Of a stretch of 59,653 nucleotides of DNA, positions 9,531-19,588 are shown one piece after another. The notes beneath the pieces were generated by a model that had not been told where the DNA came from, made no database searches, and was given only the letters and a program-made list of their open reading frames with translations. The position numbers and the translations under genes are program-made. The first letter of the stretch is position 1. The number at the start of each line of letters is the position of its first letter. This DNA comes from an uncultured Dehalococcoidia bacterium. GTDB lineage: Bacteria; Chloroflexota; Dehalococcoidia; Lucifugimonadales; CAZENU01. Where the stretch lies: contig CAZENU010000007.1 in NCBI GenBank assembly GCA_964513735.1, positions 1-59,653 of the forward strand, given 5' to 3'.

Positions 9531-10561
9531 TACCATGAAGGGCTGTTGTCGTCGAAGTCGTTGTTGGTGAGGCGGACCTGGTTGCCCCCGTCGGCGTCCA
9601 TCACGAATATGTCGCCGTCACCGTCCAGGTAGGAGACAAAAGCGATCCGCCGTCCGTTGGGAGACCAGACAGGCTCGTCGTCCCGGACGTTGTTGGTGGT
9701 AAGCCTCGTCACGTTGTCACCCTTGACGTCGGTAACGTATATCTCGGCATTACCGTCTCGCTCGGAGACGAAGAGGAGCCGTTTGCCGTTGGGCGACCAC
9801 GAGACCTTGTACTCGGGCGCGCTGTTGTTAGTAAGCCTCATCTGCTCGGTGCCATCGGCCAGCATCACGTACAGCTCGGGGCTGCCGTCCCGGCTCGACA
9901 GGAACGCGATCCTCTTCGAATCGGGCGACCAGACCGGTTCGAAGTCTTCTTGTTCGGTACGCCGGAACTCGTTGACGCCGTCCGGGTTTCTGACCCATAC
10001 CCCCTGCTCGCCAGCCGTGGTGACCGAGAACACGACCGCGTTCCCCTTTGGCGACCAGCCGCCAACGTGGTCTACGGGGACCGTCGTAAGCAGGACCGGC
10101 TCCGTCCCGTCCGCGTTGACCACGTACAGGAACGAGGCGCCCTCCGCCTGGGCGACGTAGGCGACTCTCCGACCATCGGGGGACCATCGGTAGCTGCTGA
10201 ACCTCTCGCTCGCCTGAGCTAGCCTCTTGCGCTCGGTGCCGTCGGCCAGCATGACCTCCAGGGACATGTTGCCTTCGGTCCCGGAGAGGAAGGCGATCAT
10301 ACTACCATCCGACGAGAGTCGGGGGGAGCGCTCGTCGGCCCCGCTGTTGGTCAGATTCTGCTCCTCTCCGCTGTTGGGATCAATCTTGTAGATCTCCAGG
10401 TCGCCATCGCGGTCAGAGGTAAACAGTATCGGCGGGGAGCTCGCCGCACAGGCTGCCAGGGACACGGAGACGAGTGCCGCCATCAGCCAGGTGGCCGCGC
10501 GGGCGAAGCCGGTCCGGGAGAGGAGACCGGAATGCCGCTTGCGAGGTCTAGGACGATTCAT
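9530..10561 (-). CDS. TolB-like PD40-repeat beta-propeller lipoprotein
   Basis: Lipobox SLAAC and six WSPxG..IAF.S.RDG..EIY repeats; start reassigned to ATG 10561. Confidence 0.88.
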   Translation of the reverse strand: MNRPRPRKRHSGLLSRTGFARAATWLMAALVSVSLAACAASSPPILFTSDRDGDLEIYKIDPNSGEEQNLTNSGADERSPRLSSDGSMIAFLSGTEGNMSLEVMLADGTERKRLAQASERFSSYRWSPDGRRVAYVAQAEGASFLYVVNADGTEPVLLTTVPVDHVGGWSPKGNAVVFSVTTAGEQGVWVRNPDGVNEFRRTEQEDFEPVWSPDSKRIAFLSSRDGSPELYVMLADGTEQMRLTNNSAPEYKVSWSPNGKRLLFVSERDGNAEIYVTDVKGDNVTRLTTNNVRDDEPVWSPNGRRIAFVSYLDGDGDIFVMDADGGNQVRLTNNDFDDNSPSW

Positions 10562-10799
10562 CGGACCGTACGCTCTCGCGAAGAGTAGCTCGGGTGGGCC
10601 GGACGGAGACCGGCAACGAAAAGGCGTGTGCAGATCTCGAACTGTCGAGGCGTAGCCCATCGTATCACACTGAGACGTTGCCGCATGAAAAATGAACGCG
10701 TTGAACGGCCAGATGAAGGACCTGCGACAGCAGCGGAAGGACCTTGAGGAGGCGTACGCCACACTGGGTTCGGTGGGTCCGCACTGGGGCAGGGTCCTG

Positions 10800-11020
10800 G
10801 AGACGCTGCCGTCGACCAACGGGACGCGGATATAGAGCGCTCCGAACTCGACCGCCCGCTGCACGATCGGATTCGTCGTGACGAAGTAGATGAACTCTAG
10901 GCCGGCGTCCTCCGCGAACGGCACGGCAAACGCCGTCCCAACAGGCGTCAGACCGCCGCCGTTTTTGGACCCTGAATCGACGCACATAAGCGAGGTCGAT
11001 TTCCTTACCCCGGCGCTGAC
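10800..11020 (-). pseudogene. Possible remnant of a trypsin-like serine protease N-terminus
   Basis: VRKSTSLMCVD...PVGTAFAVP...FIYFVTTNPIV...LYIRV resembles GTGF...YLVTAxHV with the His lost. Confidence 0.35.
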
Positions 11021-11252
11021 CCGGGGAGGCACCAGGCCCCTGGGGAATATGGTGATAGTGCTCCCCACCCCAGAGCCACGGCGAACGCCAGCGAGTTGTA
11101 TGCAACAACGGACCACCTCGGTCACCTTGCGTCGATTTGTGACGCACAAGGCCGCTCAACATGCTGGAAGTGTAGCCGCCTGCGATTGGGGGCAATCCAG
11201 GCGTTATCGGGTCAGGCCCGGGGGAGTTCGGGGAGACCGGCCACAGCGAAGC

Positions 11253-12071
11253 CTAGAGCACGGCCCCGGCCGCGCGGTCCAGATCGGAGACCGTCCACTG
11301 CCGGTCTGGCGTCCGCGGCCCGAGGACCGCGACGTCGGAGCCCGCGGACGACAGGTCCGCGAGCCGCTGCCGATCGGCGTCTACATCGTCGGCCACGATC
11401 TGAATCAGGGCGGGATCGCGCCCCGCGGCCTGCGCCAAGGCATCCAGGGTCGCGCGGGCCGACTCGATCTCCGCCGGTGAGGGGTCGATCGGGATCCAGC
11501 CGTCGGCGTCCGCGACGATTCTCTCGAAGACCCGGGGCGATCTGCTCCCGAGCAGGACCGGTGGATGGGGCCTGCTCACAGGCTTCGGGCCGTGGTACAC
11601 GGGTGGGAAGCCGTAGTATCCGCCGTGGAACTCGCTGACCTCATTGGTCCACAGCTCCTTCATGGCGCGGATGGACTCAATGGTCTGCGTCCAGCGATGG
11701 TCAAAGTCACCGCCCATCACCTCGCTCTCCTCTCTCAGCCAGCCGGCGCCGACTCCGAACAGGAACCGGCCGCCGGAGTACATGTCCAGGCTCGCGATCT
11801 CTTTGGCGAGGACCAACGGATGGTGCTCGGGGACGAGGCACACGGCCGTACCGAGCTTAAGGCGGGTGGTGACGGCCGAGGCCCTGGAGAGCGCGACGAA
11901 CGGGTCGGTGAAATGGCGGTACAGCTCGGGGACGGCCTGCCGGGTATGCACCGGTACCACGGGATGCTCGGGCACCCAGAGGGAGTGAAACCCGAGCTCC
12001 TCGGCGCGCCATGCAAGGACCGCGACGTCGGTGGACGTGGTCGTCCCCAGCGTCAAAATGCCGATGTCCAC
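11253..12071 (-). CDS. LLM-class (putative F420-dependent) oxidoreductase
   Basis: AEELGFHSLWVPEH, DPFVAL, LAKEIASLD..SGGRFLFGVGAGWLREE and PKP..RPHPPV; GTG start after GGAGG. Confidence 0.92.
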   Translation of the reverse strand: MDIGILTLGTTTSTDVAVLAWRAEELGFHSLWVPEHPVVPVHTRQAVPELYRHFTDPFVALSRASAVTTRLKLGTAVCLVPEHHPLVLAKEIASLDMYSGGRFLFGVGAGWLREESEVMGGDFDHRWTQTIESIRAMKELWTNEVSEFHGGYYGFPPVYHGPKPVSRPHPPVLLGSRSPRVFERIVADADGWIPIDPSPAEIESARATLDALAQAAGRDPALIQIVADDVDADRQRLADLSSAGSDVAVLGPRTPDRQWTVSDLDRAAGAVL

Positions 12072-12205
12072 CCAGGCGCCTCCGTCGTCGCCGATGGCCG
12101 GTACTCGTGCTCGGCCCCGATGTGGCATCGGGGTGCTCACCGCTGACTGCGGGAGAGGCGTTAATTTTGGCCAGAGCCTCTAGTATCAGGCTCGACCTAC
12201 GCAGC

Positions 12206-13885
12206 TCAGGTCCGGGCCGCCTTATCGATCTTGGCCCAGGAGTCGCGCAGCGGCACCGTGCGATTGAATACGAGAGCGCCCGGTCGGGAGTCGGGATCGA
12301 CGGCGAAGTAGCCCTGCCTCTCGAACTGGTATCTGGCGCCTGGCGTCACGTCGGCCAGGCCGCGCTCGACTCGGGCTGAGGTCAGCACCTCCAGCGAGTC
12401 CGGGTTGAGACCGGCCAGCAGGTCGTCGGCCTCCTCAGGACGCTCGGCCGAGAACAGGTGGTCGTAAAGCCGCACCTCTGCCCAGTGCGAATGGGCTGCT
12501 GATACCCAGTGGATAGTCCCTCTGACCTTGCGCCCGTCCGGGGCCTGGCCTCCGTGTGTCTCCGGGTCGTAGGTGCAGCGGAGCTCGACCACGTCGCCGG
12601 TGTGTTCGTCCTTGACCACGTCTACGCAGGTGATCAGGTAGCCATATCTCAGTCTGACCTCGCGCCCAGGGGCCAGGCGATAGAACTTCGACGGCGGGTC
12701 CTCCCGAAAGTCATCGCGCTCTACGTACAGCTCCCTGGAGAACGGCACCGTCCGCGTTCCCATGGTCGGGTCCTCCGGGTTGTTGACCGCTTCCATCTCC
12801 TCGACCTGCCCTTCCGGGTAGTTGTCGATGACGACCTTGAGCGGCCGTAGCACGGCCAGGGCCCGGGGCGACGTCCTGTTCAGATCCTCTCGTACGCAGT
12901 GCTGCAGCAGCGCGACGTCGATGACGTTGTCGCGCTTGGCTACCCCTATACGACGGCAGAAGTCCCTGATCGACGCCGGGGTGTAGCCCCGTCTGCGCAG
13001 GCCGGAGAGCGTGGGCATTCTCGGGTCGTCCCACCCGTCGACGATGCCCTGCTCGACGAGCTGCAGGAGCTTTCGCTTGCTCATGACCGTGTGGCTTAGA
13101 TTCCGGCGGGCGAACTCGATCTGCTGCGGGTGGAATATCTCGAGCAAGTCGAGCAGCCAGTCGTAGAGCGGGCGATGGTCCTCGAACTCTATGGTGCAGA
13201 TCGAGTGCGTGACTCGTTCGATGGAGTCGGACTGTCCTTGTGCGAAGTCGTATGTCGGGTATATGCACCAGTCATCCCCGGTCCGGTGATGCGCGACCTT
13301 CAGAATACGGTAGATCACGGGGTCTCTCATATTCAAGTTGCCCGAGGCCATGTCGATCTTGGCCCGCAGCACCCGTGACCCTTCTTCGAATTCGCCGGTC
13401 CGCATTCCGTCGAAGAGGTCAAGGCTCTCCCCTACCGGTCGGTTGCGATACGGGCTGTCCCTGCCGGGCTCTGTCGGGGTGCCACGAAACTCCCTGATCT
13501 CGTCCTGACTCAGGTCGCAGACGTAGGCATTGCCATCCCTTATGAGCTTTACGGCGAACTCGTAGAGCCGGTCGAAGTAGTCCGATGAGTAGTAGAGGTG
13601 CTCTCCCCAGTCCCATCCGAGCCAGCGCACGTCTTCGATGATCGACTCGACGTACTCCGTCGTCTCTCTGGTCGGATTGGTATCGTCTAATCGGAGGTGG
13701 CACACCCCACTGTTCTCAGCCGCGATGCCGAAGTTGAGGCAGATGGACGAGGCGTGGCCGATGTGCAGATAGCCGTTGGGCTCGGGCGGGAACCGGGTCA
13801 CGACGCGACCATCGTGCTTGTTCGCCGCTCGGTCGGCGCCGACGATCGCCCGAACGAAGTCTGTGGACTCTTCCGTGGTGACCAT
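12206..13885 (-). CDS. glnS: Glutaminyl-tRNA synthetase
   Basis: [29 protein letters not shown] and YQFERQGYF motifs. Confidence 0.97.
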   Translation of the reverse strand: MVTTEESTDFVRAIVGADRAANKHDGRVVTRFPPEPNGYLHIGHASSICLNFGIAAENSGVCHLRLDDTNPTRETTEYVESIIEDVRWLGWDWGEHLYYSSDYFDRLYEFAVKLIRDGNAYVCDLSQDEIREFRGTPTEPGRDSPYRNRPVGESLDLFDGMRTGEFEEGSRVLRAKIDMASGNLNMRDPVIYRILKVAHHRTGDDWCIYPTYDFAQGQSDSIERVTHSICTIEFEDHRPLYDWLLDLLEIFHPQQIEFARRNLSHTVMSKRKLLQLVEQGIVDGWDDPRMPTLSGLRRRGYTPASIRDFCRRIGVAKRDNVIDVALLQHCVREDLNRTSPRALAVLRPLKVVIDNYPEGQVEEMEAVNNPEDPTMGTRTVPFSRELYVERDDFREDPPSKFYRLAPGREVRLRYGYLITCVDVVKDEHTGDVVELRCTYDPETHGGQAPDGRKVRGTIHWVSAAHSHWAEVRLYDHLFSAERPEEADDLLAGLNPDSLEVLTSARVERGLADVTPGARYQFERQGYFAVDPDSRPGALVFNRTVPLRDSWAKIDKAART

Positions 13886-13994
13886 GCTCTCCGGTCGCGT
13901 CGATCAGATGGTACGGCGAATTGCAGTATCCTCGCACGGCGACATCGGAGACTGCAAGGCAGCGTAGAAAAAGCGTGGGTGCGGAGCGCCCGCT

Positions 13995-14048
13995 CCGCTT
14001 ACCCAGAGCACCCCGATTCGAATCGGGGTGTATCGAGGGGTACACGGG
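13995..14048. repeat. REP-like element with a perfect 22-bp palindrome
   Basis: CACCCCGATTCGAATCGGGGTG (14009-14030) followed by TATCGAGGG; related to 36642-36688. Confidence 0.65.
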
Positions 14049-14102
14049 TGCCCCGCGACCGAAGGGGCCCTCTCTACGTGTGACCCGTGGTGGGCGAAGG
14101 AG

Positions 14103-14669
14103 CTATAGATCACCGCCACGGAGCTCGGCTATGTACGGCTCGTACGCCTGCGCTATCGGATCATCGGCCGGCAGGTCTGGCTCGAGGACGTGGCGGTAGT
14201 AGTCCTGGGCTATCTGCGCCTGCTGCTCCCGATTGTAGTCACGGTAACGCCTGCAGCTCTGCCTTGCGTCGTTGAGTCCGATCCACCCATCGTAGCGGTA
14301 GCCTTCAGTCCGCTGGGCGCGGAGAGCCTGCGCGATGTACTGGCTACCGACCCGTTCGAACTGGTAGACGTGGACGAGCTCGTGGACCAGGAGGGACGTG
14401 TTGGTCCTGGCATGGCAACCGTGTCTTGGCAGATTCACGATGCGAAAGGTGGTGAACGCCCTGCCACCGTTCAGTCTGAAGAACAGCTTGAGCAGTCTGC
14501 CCTCGCCGATACGAACCGCGCTGTATTCGATGGCATCTGGGCCGAGCGCTCGTGACGTGACTTCGATTTCGGCCCGCGTAAGAGGGGTGAGCCTGGCCAC
14601 GGCCGGCCATATAAGGCGGGCTAGGACGGGTCCCCTGACGATGTCGAACGCTCTGAGCAGTGTTTCCAT
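14103..14669 (-). CDS. HExxH zincin-like protein (DUF4157-like)
   Basis: RLTPLTRAE, RAFT, LLVHELVHVYQ and NREQQAQIAQDYY motifs. Confidence 0.7.
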   Translation of the reverse strand: METLLRAFDIVRGPVLARLIWPAVARLTPLTRAEIEVTSRALGPDAIEYSAVRIGEGRLLKLFFRLNGGRAFTTFRIVNLPRHGCHARTNTSLLVHELVHVYQFERVGSQYIAQALRAQRTEGYRYDGWIGLNDARQSCRRYRDYNREQQAQIAQDYYRHVLEPDLPADDPIAQAYEPYIAELRGGDL

Positions 14670-14824
14670 CGACTCACTTTCGGTGTAAGAACCGGGGCCT
14701 GCCGACGGTCAGCCTAGTCCAACCTTTGCCGGCTTTCAACCGGAGAACTATCTACCCGGGGGCGCATGGTGTGCCACGACCCGATATGATTTGCAGCGTC
14801 CGATATCGATCTACGAGGTGGGCT

Positions 14825-15811
14825 ATGCACATCGGGACACAGAACGAGCCACGCACCGACGCGGACATGGAGATGCTGGCCCAGCTCGGCGTCGATCACG
14901 TCTGTGCGAGCCCACCTGAGCCCTGGACCCAGTGGGACGCAGGCGTGCTGACGCGGTTCCGCAAAAGGTTCGAGTCGCGCGGCCTGTCGCTGGACATGAT
15001 ACCGCTTCCGTTGGGCTCACGCGCGGCGGCCGAAAACGACGCGCCGGACGTGTTTCTCGGCCCGAGCGCGGAGCGAGACCGGGAGATAGATCAGATCTGC
15101 GAGTTGATCCGCAACGCCGCCAGGGCCGGCATTCCGGCTGTGAAGTACAACATCACCATCCTGGGCCACCTGCGGACTGCGTCTCGGGTCGGACGCGGGG
15201 GCGCCACGCTATCGTCGTTCCGATACTCCGAGCTCGACCAATCGCTGGGGGACGTGGAGGGTGCTCCAGCCCCGGCCGAGGTGGTCTGGGAGCGGATCGA
15301 CCACTTCCTGGGGCGGGTCGTGCCGGTCGCCGAGGAGCACAAGGTGAGGCTGGCCTGCCATCCCCAGGACCCGGGCATAGGAGACCGCGAGTACCGAGGA
15401 GTGGCGCGGGTCATGGGCACGGTCGAGGGGCTCAGGCGTTTCGTCGAGATGCACGAGAGCCCTTATCACGGGCTGAACTTCTGCCAGGGAACGGTCTCGG
15501 AGATGCTCGAAAAGCCCGGGGAGGAGATCTACGACGTCATCCGGTATTTCGGCCGGCGGAAGAAGATCTTCAACGTCCACTTCCGCAACATTAAAGGAGG
15601 CGTGCTGGACTTCGTAGAGGTGTTCCCGGACGAGGGCGACGTCGACATGCTGAGGGCGCTGCGGGTGTACAAGGAGGTCGGGTACCCGTACATGATCATG
15701 CCGGACCACGCGCCGGGCATCTCGGGCACAGAGCCTCACCGCACGGCGTTCAGCTACTGCTACGGATACATCCAGGCGCTGTTGCAGGTGGTCGACGGCG
15801 AGGATGCCTGA
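14825..15811 (+). CDS. Mannonate dehydratase (UxuA)-like protein
   Basis: LGRVVPVAEEHKVRLACHPQDP, GLNFCQG, IFNVHFRN, DEGDVDM and PDHAP motifs. Confidence 0.85.
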   Translation: MHIGTQNEPRTDADMEMLAQLGVDHVCASPPEPWTQWDAGVLTRFRKRFESRGLSLDMIPLPLGSRAAAENDAPDVFLGPSAERDREIDQICELIRNAARAGIPAVKYNITILGHLRTASRVGRGGATLSSFRYSELDQSLGDVEGAPAPAEVVWERIDHFLGRVVPVAEEHKVRLACHPQDPGIGDREYRGVARVMGTVEGLRRFVEMHESPYHGLNFCQGTVSEMLEKPGEEIYDVIRYFGRRKKIFNVHFRNIKGGVLDFVEVFPDEGDVDMLRALRVYKEVGYPYMIMPDHAPGISGTEPHRTAFSYCYGYIQALLQVVDGEDA

Positions 15812-15828
15812 CCGGCCGCCGGCCGAGT

Positions 15829-15984
15829 CTACGGGTCACCGCAGTCGCGCACGTACCCGCAATGGACGCAGCGCAGCTTGCAGTGGACGGCCAGCATCTC
15901 GGCGCCGCATATGTCGCAGTAGACGACCTTGTCGGCGGCGTTGGGCCGCGGACGTCCCGCCGGCCGGCGGTCGTGTACAGTCAT
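15829..15984 (-). CDS. Small CxxCG-type zinc-finger protein (51 aa), absent from the ORF track
   Basis: Manual translation MTVHDRRPAGRPRPNAADKVVYCDICGAEMLAVHCKLRCVHCGYVRDCGDP*. Confidence 0.75.
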   Translation of the reverse strand: MTVHDRRPAGRPRPNAADKVVYCDICGAEMLAVHCKLRCVHCGYVRDCGDP

Positions 15985-16038
15985 GGGCAGCACCAGGTCC
16001 GAGAATCTTGCACCTGGTCAGCCTTACCCTGCTTTCTA

Positions 16039-17055
16039 CTAGAACTCGTTCCTGACACGGACGGGCCGGCCGGTGCGTATCGACTCCCAGCAGGCGAGCC
16101 CTGTCGCAACGACGCGGCCCCCTTCGCGCGCGCCCACCCAGGGTGTGGCGCCGTTGACTACGCAGTCGACCATGTGGTCCATCATCACGATCATCTCCGT
16201 TCCGTGACCACGCTGGGTGTCGGGGAAGGTGATGTCGTACTCGCGGGTTGGGACTATCCCGTCCGGGTCGAGACGGACCCTGCCGTCGACGATGGTGCCC
16301 TGAGTCCCGTACAGGCTGAGACCGTTCATGAGCACGCCGGGCGGGTGGACAACCCCGCAAAAGGCCGCCACTCTGCCGATCTTGCCACTGTTGAAGCGCA
16401 GGTTGATGACAAAGTTGTCCTCCTGCGGGTAATCGGCGGCGACGACGCCTCGGAGGCCGAAACAGTGCACCTCCTCGACATCGCCCATGAACCAGCGCAG
16501 AGCGTCGATCGGATGGCAGGCTCCGCCAAGGAGCAGGTCTTGAGGCATCTGTGTCCGCCACGGCGTTCGGGCGTAGACGGGCCGTAGATCGTGAATGTAG
16601 GTGGCCTCAGCCATGAACAGCTCGCCGATAACCCCGGCGTCACACAGGCGCTTCGACTCCACGTGCTTGGCATCGCCACGCATGGTCTGAGTGACCAGTA
16701 GCACCAGACCGGTGCGGTCCACGGCTTCCACGACCTGCTCGACCTCCTTCATCGAGTAGACCATCGACTTGGTCACCATCACGTGCTTTCCGGCGTCCAG
16801 AGCAGCGAGTATCTGGCCGACGTGGATGGGCCCGGGCGAGTAGACACCGACGACATCGACGTCGTCTCCCTGGACGAGCTCCTTGTAGTCGGTGGTCGTC
16901 CTGGAGACACCGTACTGCGCCGCGGCCTCTGACAGCCGTCCCTCGTCGACGTCACACAGCGCGGTGACCTGCATCTGAAGATCGTCGTGCTCCGGCAGGT
17001 TGGCTTGAAGAAGCGTGCCGCCGTGTCCGACGCCGATCAGTCCGAGCCTAAGCAT
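16039..17055 (-). CDS. Gfo/Idh/MocA family oxidoreductase
   Basis: LGLIGVGHGG Rossmann motif, AGKHVMVTKSM and GGACHPID. Confidence 0.9.
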   Translation of the reverse strand: MLRLGLIGVGHGGTLLQANLPEHDDLQMQVTALCDVDEGRLSEAAAQYGVSRTTTDYKELVQGDDVDVVGVYSPGPIHVGQILAALDAGKHVMVTKSMVYSMKEVEQVVEAVDRTGLVLLVTQTMRGDAKHVESKRLCDAGVIGELFMAEATYIHDLRPVYARTPWRTQMPQDLLLGGACHPIDALRWFMGDVEEVHCFGLRGVVAADYPQEDNFVINLRFNSGKIGRVAAFCGVVHPPGVLMNGLSLYGTQGTIVDGRVRLDPDGIVPTREYDITFPDTQRGHGTEMIVMMDHMVDCVVNGATPWVGAREGGRVVATGLACWESIRTGRPVRVRNEF

Positions 17056-17187
17056 GATGCCTCCCGGTCTCGTTGGTCTCAGATACCTGACTTCATCGAG
17101 TCTCTCCTGACAAAAACGGTCGCGGTAAGGCCAGGTTGCCCAGGTTAGATGTGCGATGAATGGAGTATCGTCGGTAAGACCTGGGAG

Positions 17188-17254
17188 TGGTCAGAGTGAC
17201 TGGAGTTGAACCAGCAATTTTTCGTAACGAGGTTGATACCAAGACATCATCTTG
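17188..17254 (-). pseudogene. Decayed tRNA-Pro (pseudo-tRNA)
   Basis: Intact T-arm and 3' end GCTGG-TTCAACT-CCAGT-CACTCTG-A-CCA; anticodon loop apparently deleted (CCTCGTT^ACGAA); D-arm and 5' strand eroded. Confidence 0.6.
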
Positions 17255-17402
17255 TTGGTGCTAAGGATACCACGGCCAACGCCACCACCGCCAAACCCTG
17301 AGTTAGGGCGCTAGCGATTGTTCGGCCCTAGCCAAACAGGGGAATGACACAGCTCGGGAGGAAGTGGGAAGGAATTCTATCTGAGGGAGACCTTCAATAG
17401 CC

Positions 17403-17755
17403 CAGATTCGGCATAGGCAAGGTCTGTTGCCCGACCCACCTCGCACCATGTCCAGGTATCGGATCTGACGCCGCGAGGATGTCGCGCGTCTCGTTTTCAT
17501 TCGCCAAGCCAAGGGGCTCGACCTATCCTTAGGCGAGATAGACGAGATCAGGGGGATCCTGCGTATACACGATCGGTGAGAACCCTTTTGCCGACACGTT
17601 TGCGGGAACATGAACCAGAAGCTAGCTCATGTCAGCCGAGCTATGGCGGACCTGGCAGAGCTTCGTTCAGAGGATCGCGCGACTCGCATAAAGCGGCGGT
17701 GGTGTTGAGGACTGCAGACCCGCCAGGGCACGCATCTCACGTACGTCGGAATAGC
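17403..17755 (+). pseudogene. MerR-family metal-responsive regulator pseudogene
   Basis: QGLLPDPPRTMSRYRI*RREDVARLVFIRQAKGLDLSLGEI..IL.IHDR*EPFCRHV...QKLAHV; in-frame TGA at 17466 and 17577. Confidence 0.8.
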
Positions 17756-17784
17756 CTCGTCGGCCATCCCGGAGATGCGGCGAC

Positions 17785-19236
17785 TCAGGAGGCGGTCCAG
17801 AAAGCGTACAGGCTCGCATCTCGAAGGTGAAACCTGACGCGGACGGGTATGCCGGTCTCGGGTCTGGCGCGCTCACTCCAGCGGAGCTGCCCATCGATGT
17901 GGTCGCCGTTTAGCATTACGCATTCGCCAACAGAGAAGCCGGGCAGGGGTTGGCTGGTCTCGGCGTTCAACACCTCGGCGCGCAGGTTGCCACGAGCCTC
18001 AGCGTTGACATTGAGGCCCATCCCCGTGAACAGAAACGGCCTTGTGATTACCGAGCCCTCACCAGCGGCGTCAAGGGAAACGAAGCCGTCCAGCCGCAGC
18101 TTTGCCAGACAGAGGGCGCTGCCGTCTTTGAAAAACGAGGAGTCTATCTCGGGATGCTGGTGGCTGAAAGCCCTGAATCGCAGGCCGTTGTAGTAAACCC
18201 AGATTTCGTCGCCGCGGACCTGGGGGCAACCGCTCATCAGGTTCTGGGACGTGCCGTAGTTCACGCCGTCCCACGGGTCGATGCCGATAAACAGCTCGCG
18301 GTCAGCGACCCGGTCCCACGTGTACAGGTCTCTGGACACTGTAAGCTCGATTTGGTTAAGGCCGGTGCTGTTGCCTACTCCGTCCGACCCGGCCGGGTTG
18401 TACAGCGCCGGAAAGCCTACGTACATCCCCTCGTAGGGCATAATCGCCATCTGGTAGCACTGGGCAATGTAGTCCTCCGGCGGTGTGCCGATGACCGGCG
18501 GCGTGAGGTATTCCGGGTCTTCCGTCGCCTCACTGATGCGCCGTTTTCGGTTCTCGTTGTCCAGTTCGTCCGTGTGGAAGACCAACCTGGGGAAGGTCCA
18601 GTCCGTGAAGTTGTCACTGCTGGACAGATAGACCGACCGGCCCCACTCAGTGGCCTGCTTGACCAGGGCCAGATACCGGCCGGTCGTCTCGTCGTAGACG
18701 CAGTGAGACTCGTCGGCGCTGGGTACCGGCGAGATATCAGGCATCGTCCACTTGAAGCCGTCGGGCGAGAAGCCGATCCAGCGGTCCCTGAGGTCGAAAA
18801 GGCCTTTGTACCGCCGGCCCGGGTCCTCGGCACACTCATCCCGGAGAACGTGGTAGACACTTCTTGCAGTCGGGTCCCAGGCGACGTTTTCGTCCCTACG
18901 GCCCCGCCCTTCGTATAGCCCTAGCGACGGCTTCTCCCACTCGACACCGTCGGTGGAGACGGCATAATAATCCAGCCTGTCCCTCGTGGTGTTGGGCTCA
19001 TCATAGAAGGCCCAGTACCACCACTCCCAGACACGGCTCTCCGAGTTCCATTGGGGGGAGCTGCGGCTCTGGACACCGGTCTGCCCCACTGAGACGTCCG
19101 GCCTGAGCACCGCGCCCTGCTTCTCGGGCTGGTGAAGCCTACGCGTTAGGCCGGTGGTGCTCTCTATCCCGTGATCGTCCAGGAACAGCTGTTTGTGCCG
19201 TTCCGGGTGTATCAGGTCTCCGTCCGAAATCGCCAT
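17785..19236 (-). CDS. Uncharacterised glycosidase-like beta-propeller protein, paralogue 1
   Basis: KQLFLDD, YAVSTDGVEWEKPSLG, SPDGFKW, SRDLYTW, LRLDGFVSL and LYAFW, shared with 35116 and 47014. Confidence 0.75.
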   Translation of the reverse strand: MAISDGDLIHPERHKQLFLDDHGIESTTGLTRRLHQPEKQGAVLRPDVSVGQTGVQSRSSPQWNSESRVWEWWYWAFYDEPNTTRDRLDYYAVSTDGVEWEKPSLGLYEGRGRRDENVAWDPTARSVYHVLRDECAEDPGRRYKGLFDLRDRWIGFSPDGFKWTMPDISPVPSADESHCVYDETTGRYLALVKQATEWGRSVYLSSSDNFTDWTFPRLVFHTDELDNENRKRRISEATEDPEYLTPPVIGTPPEDYIAQCYQMAIMPYEGMYVGFPALYNPAGSDGVGNSTGLNQIELTVSRDLYTWDRVADRELFIGIDPWDGVNYGTSQNLMSGCPQVRGDEIWVYYNGLRFRAFSHQHPEIDSSFFKDGSALCLAKLRLDGFVSLDAAGEGSVITRPFLFTGMGLNVNAEARGNLRAEVLNAETSQPLPGFSVGECVMLNGDHIDGQLRWSERARPETGIPVRVRFHLRDASLYAFWTAS

Positions 19237-19264
19237 AATTCGGCCCCTGTAACCTGCCGTCAGG

Positions 19265-19588
19265 CTAGCTTCGCGTACTCAGTCTGACCGCGGTCCCGTA
19301 GGCTAGAATCTCTGACGCGCCGCTCGTGATGCCGGCGGTGATGAACCGCACGCCCACAATAGCGTTTGCGCCCTTCTCCTCTGCCCGCTCGACCATCCGC
19401 TGAACGGCCTGCTCGCGAGACTCAGCCAGTAGCTTGGAGTACTCTCCGATCTCTCCACCAGCCAGGTTTCTGAAGGCGGCCATGACGTCCCGGCCGACGT
19501 GCCGTGCACGCACGGAGTTGGCCATCACCAATCCCATCACTTCCTCGATCTCGGAGCTCTCTATCTCGTCAGTCGTGGCGATAATCAA
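19265..19588 (-). CDS. YbjQ/UPF0145 family protein
   Basis: MIIATT, GGEIGEY..LL.ESRE.A..RM...A...GANAIVGVRF and EILAYGTAV. Confidence 0.93.
   Translation of the reverse strand: MIIATTDEIESSEIEEVMGLVMANSVRARHVGRDVMAAFRNLAGGEIGEYSKLLAESREQAVQRMVERAEEKGANAIVGVRFITAGITSGASEILAYGTAVRLSTRS

Noticed and set aside
9530-10450. CRISPR or tandem DNA array (also 53700-54300)
   Set aside because: The periodicity comes from PD40 and NHL protein repeats; there are no identical repeats with unique spacers.
10562-11149. N-terminal extension of the TolB-like ORF as a genuine fusion
   Set aside because: A signal peptide and lipobox begin near 10561, and the upstream part looks like remnant sequence.
17188-17300. 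Functional or intron-containing tRNA
   Set aside because: No 7-nt anticodon loop or convincing cloverleaf can be built; kept only as a pseudo-tRNA.
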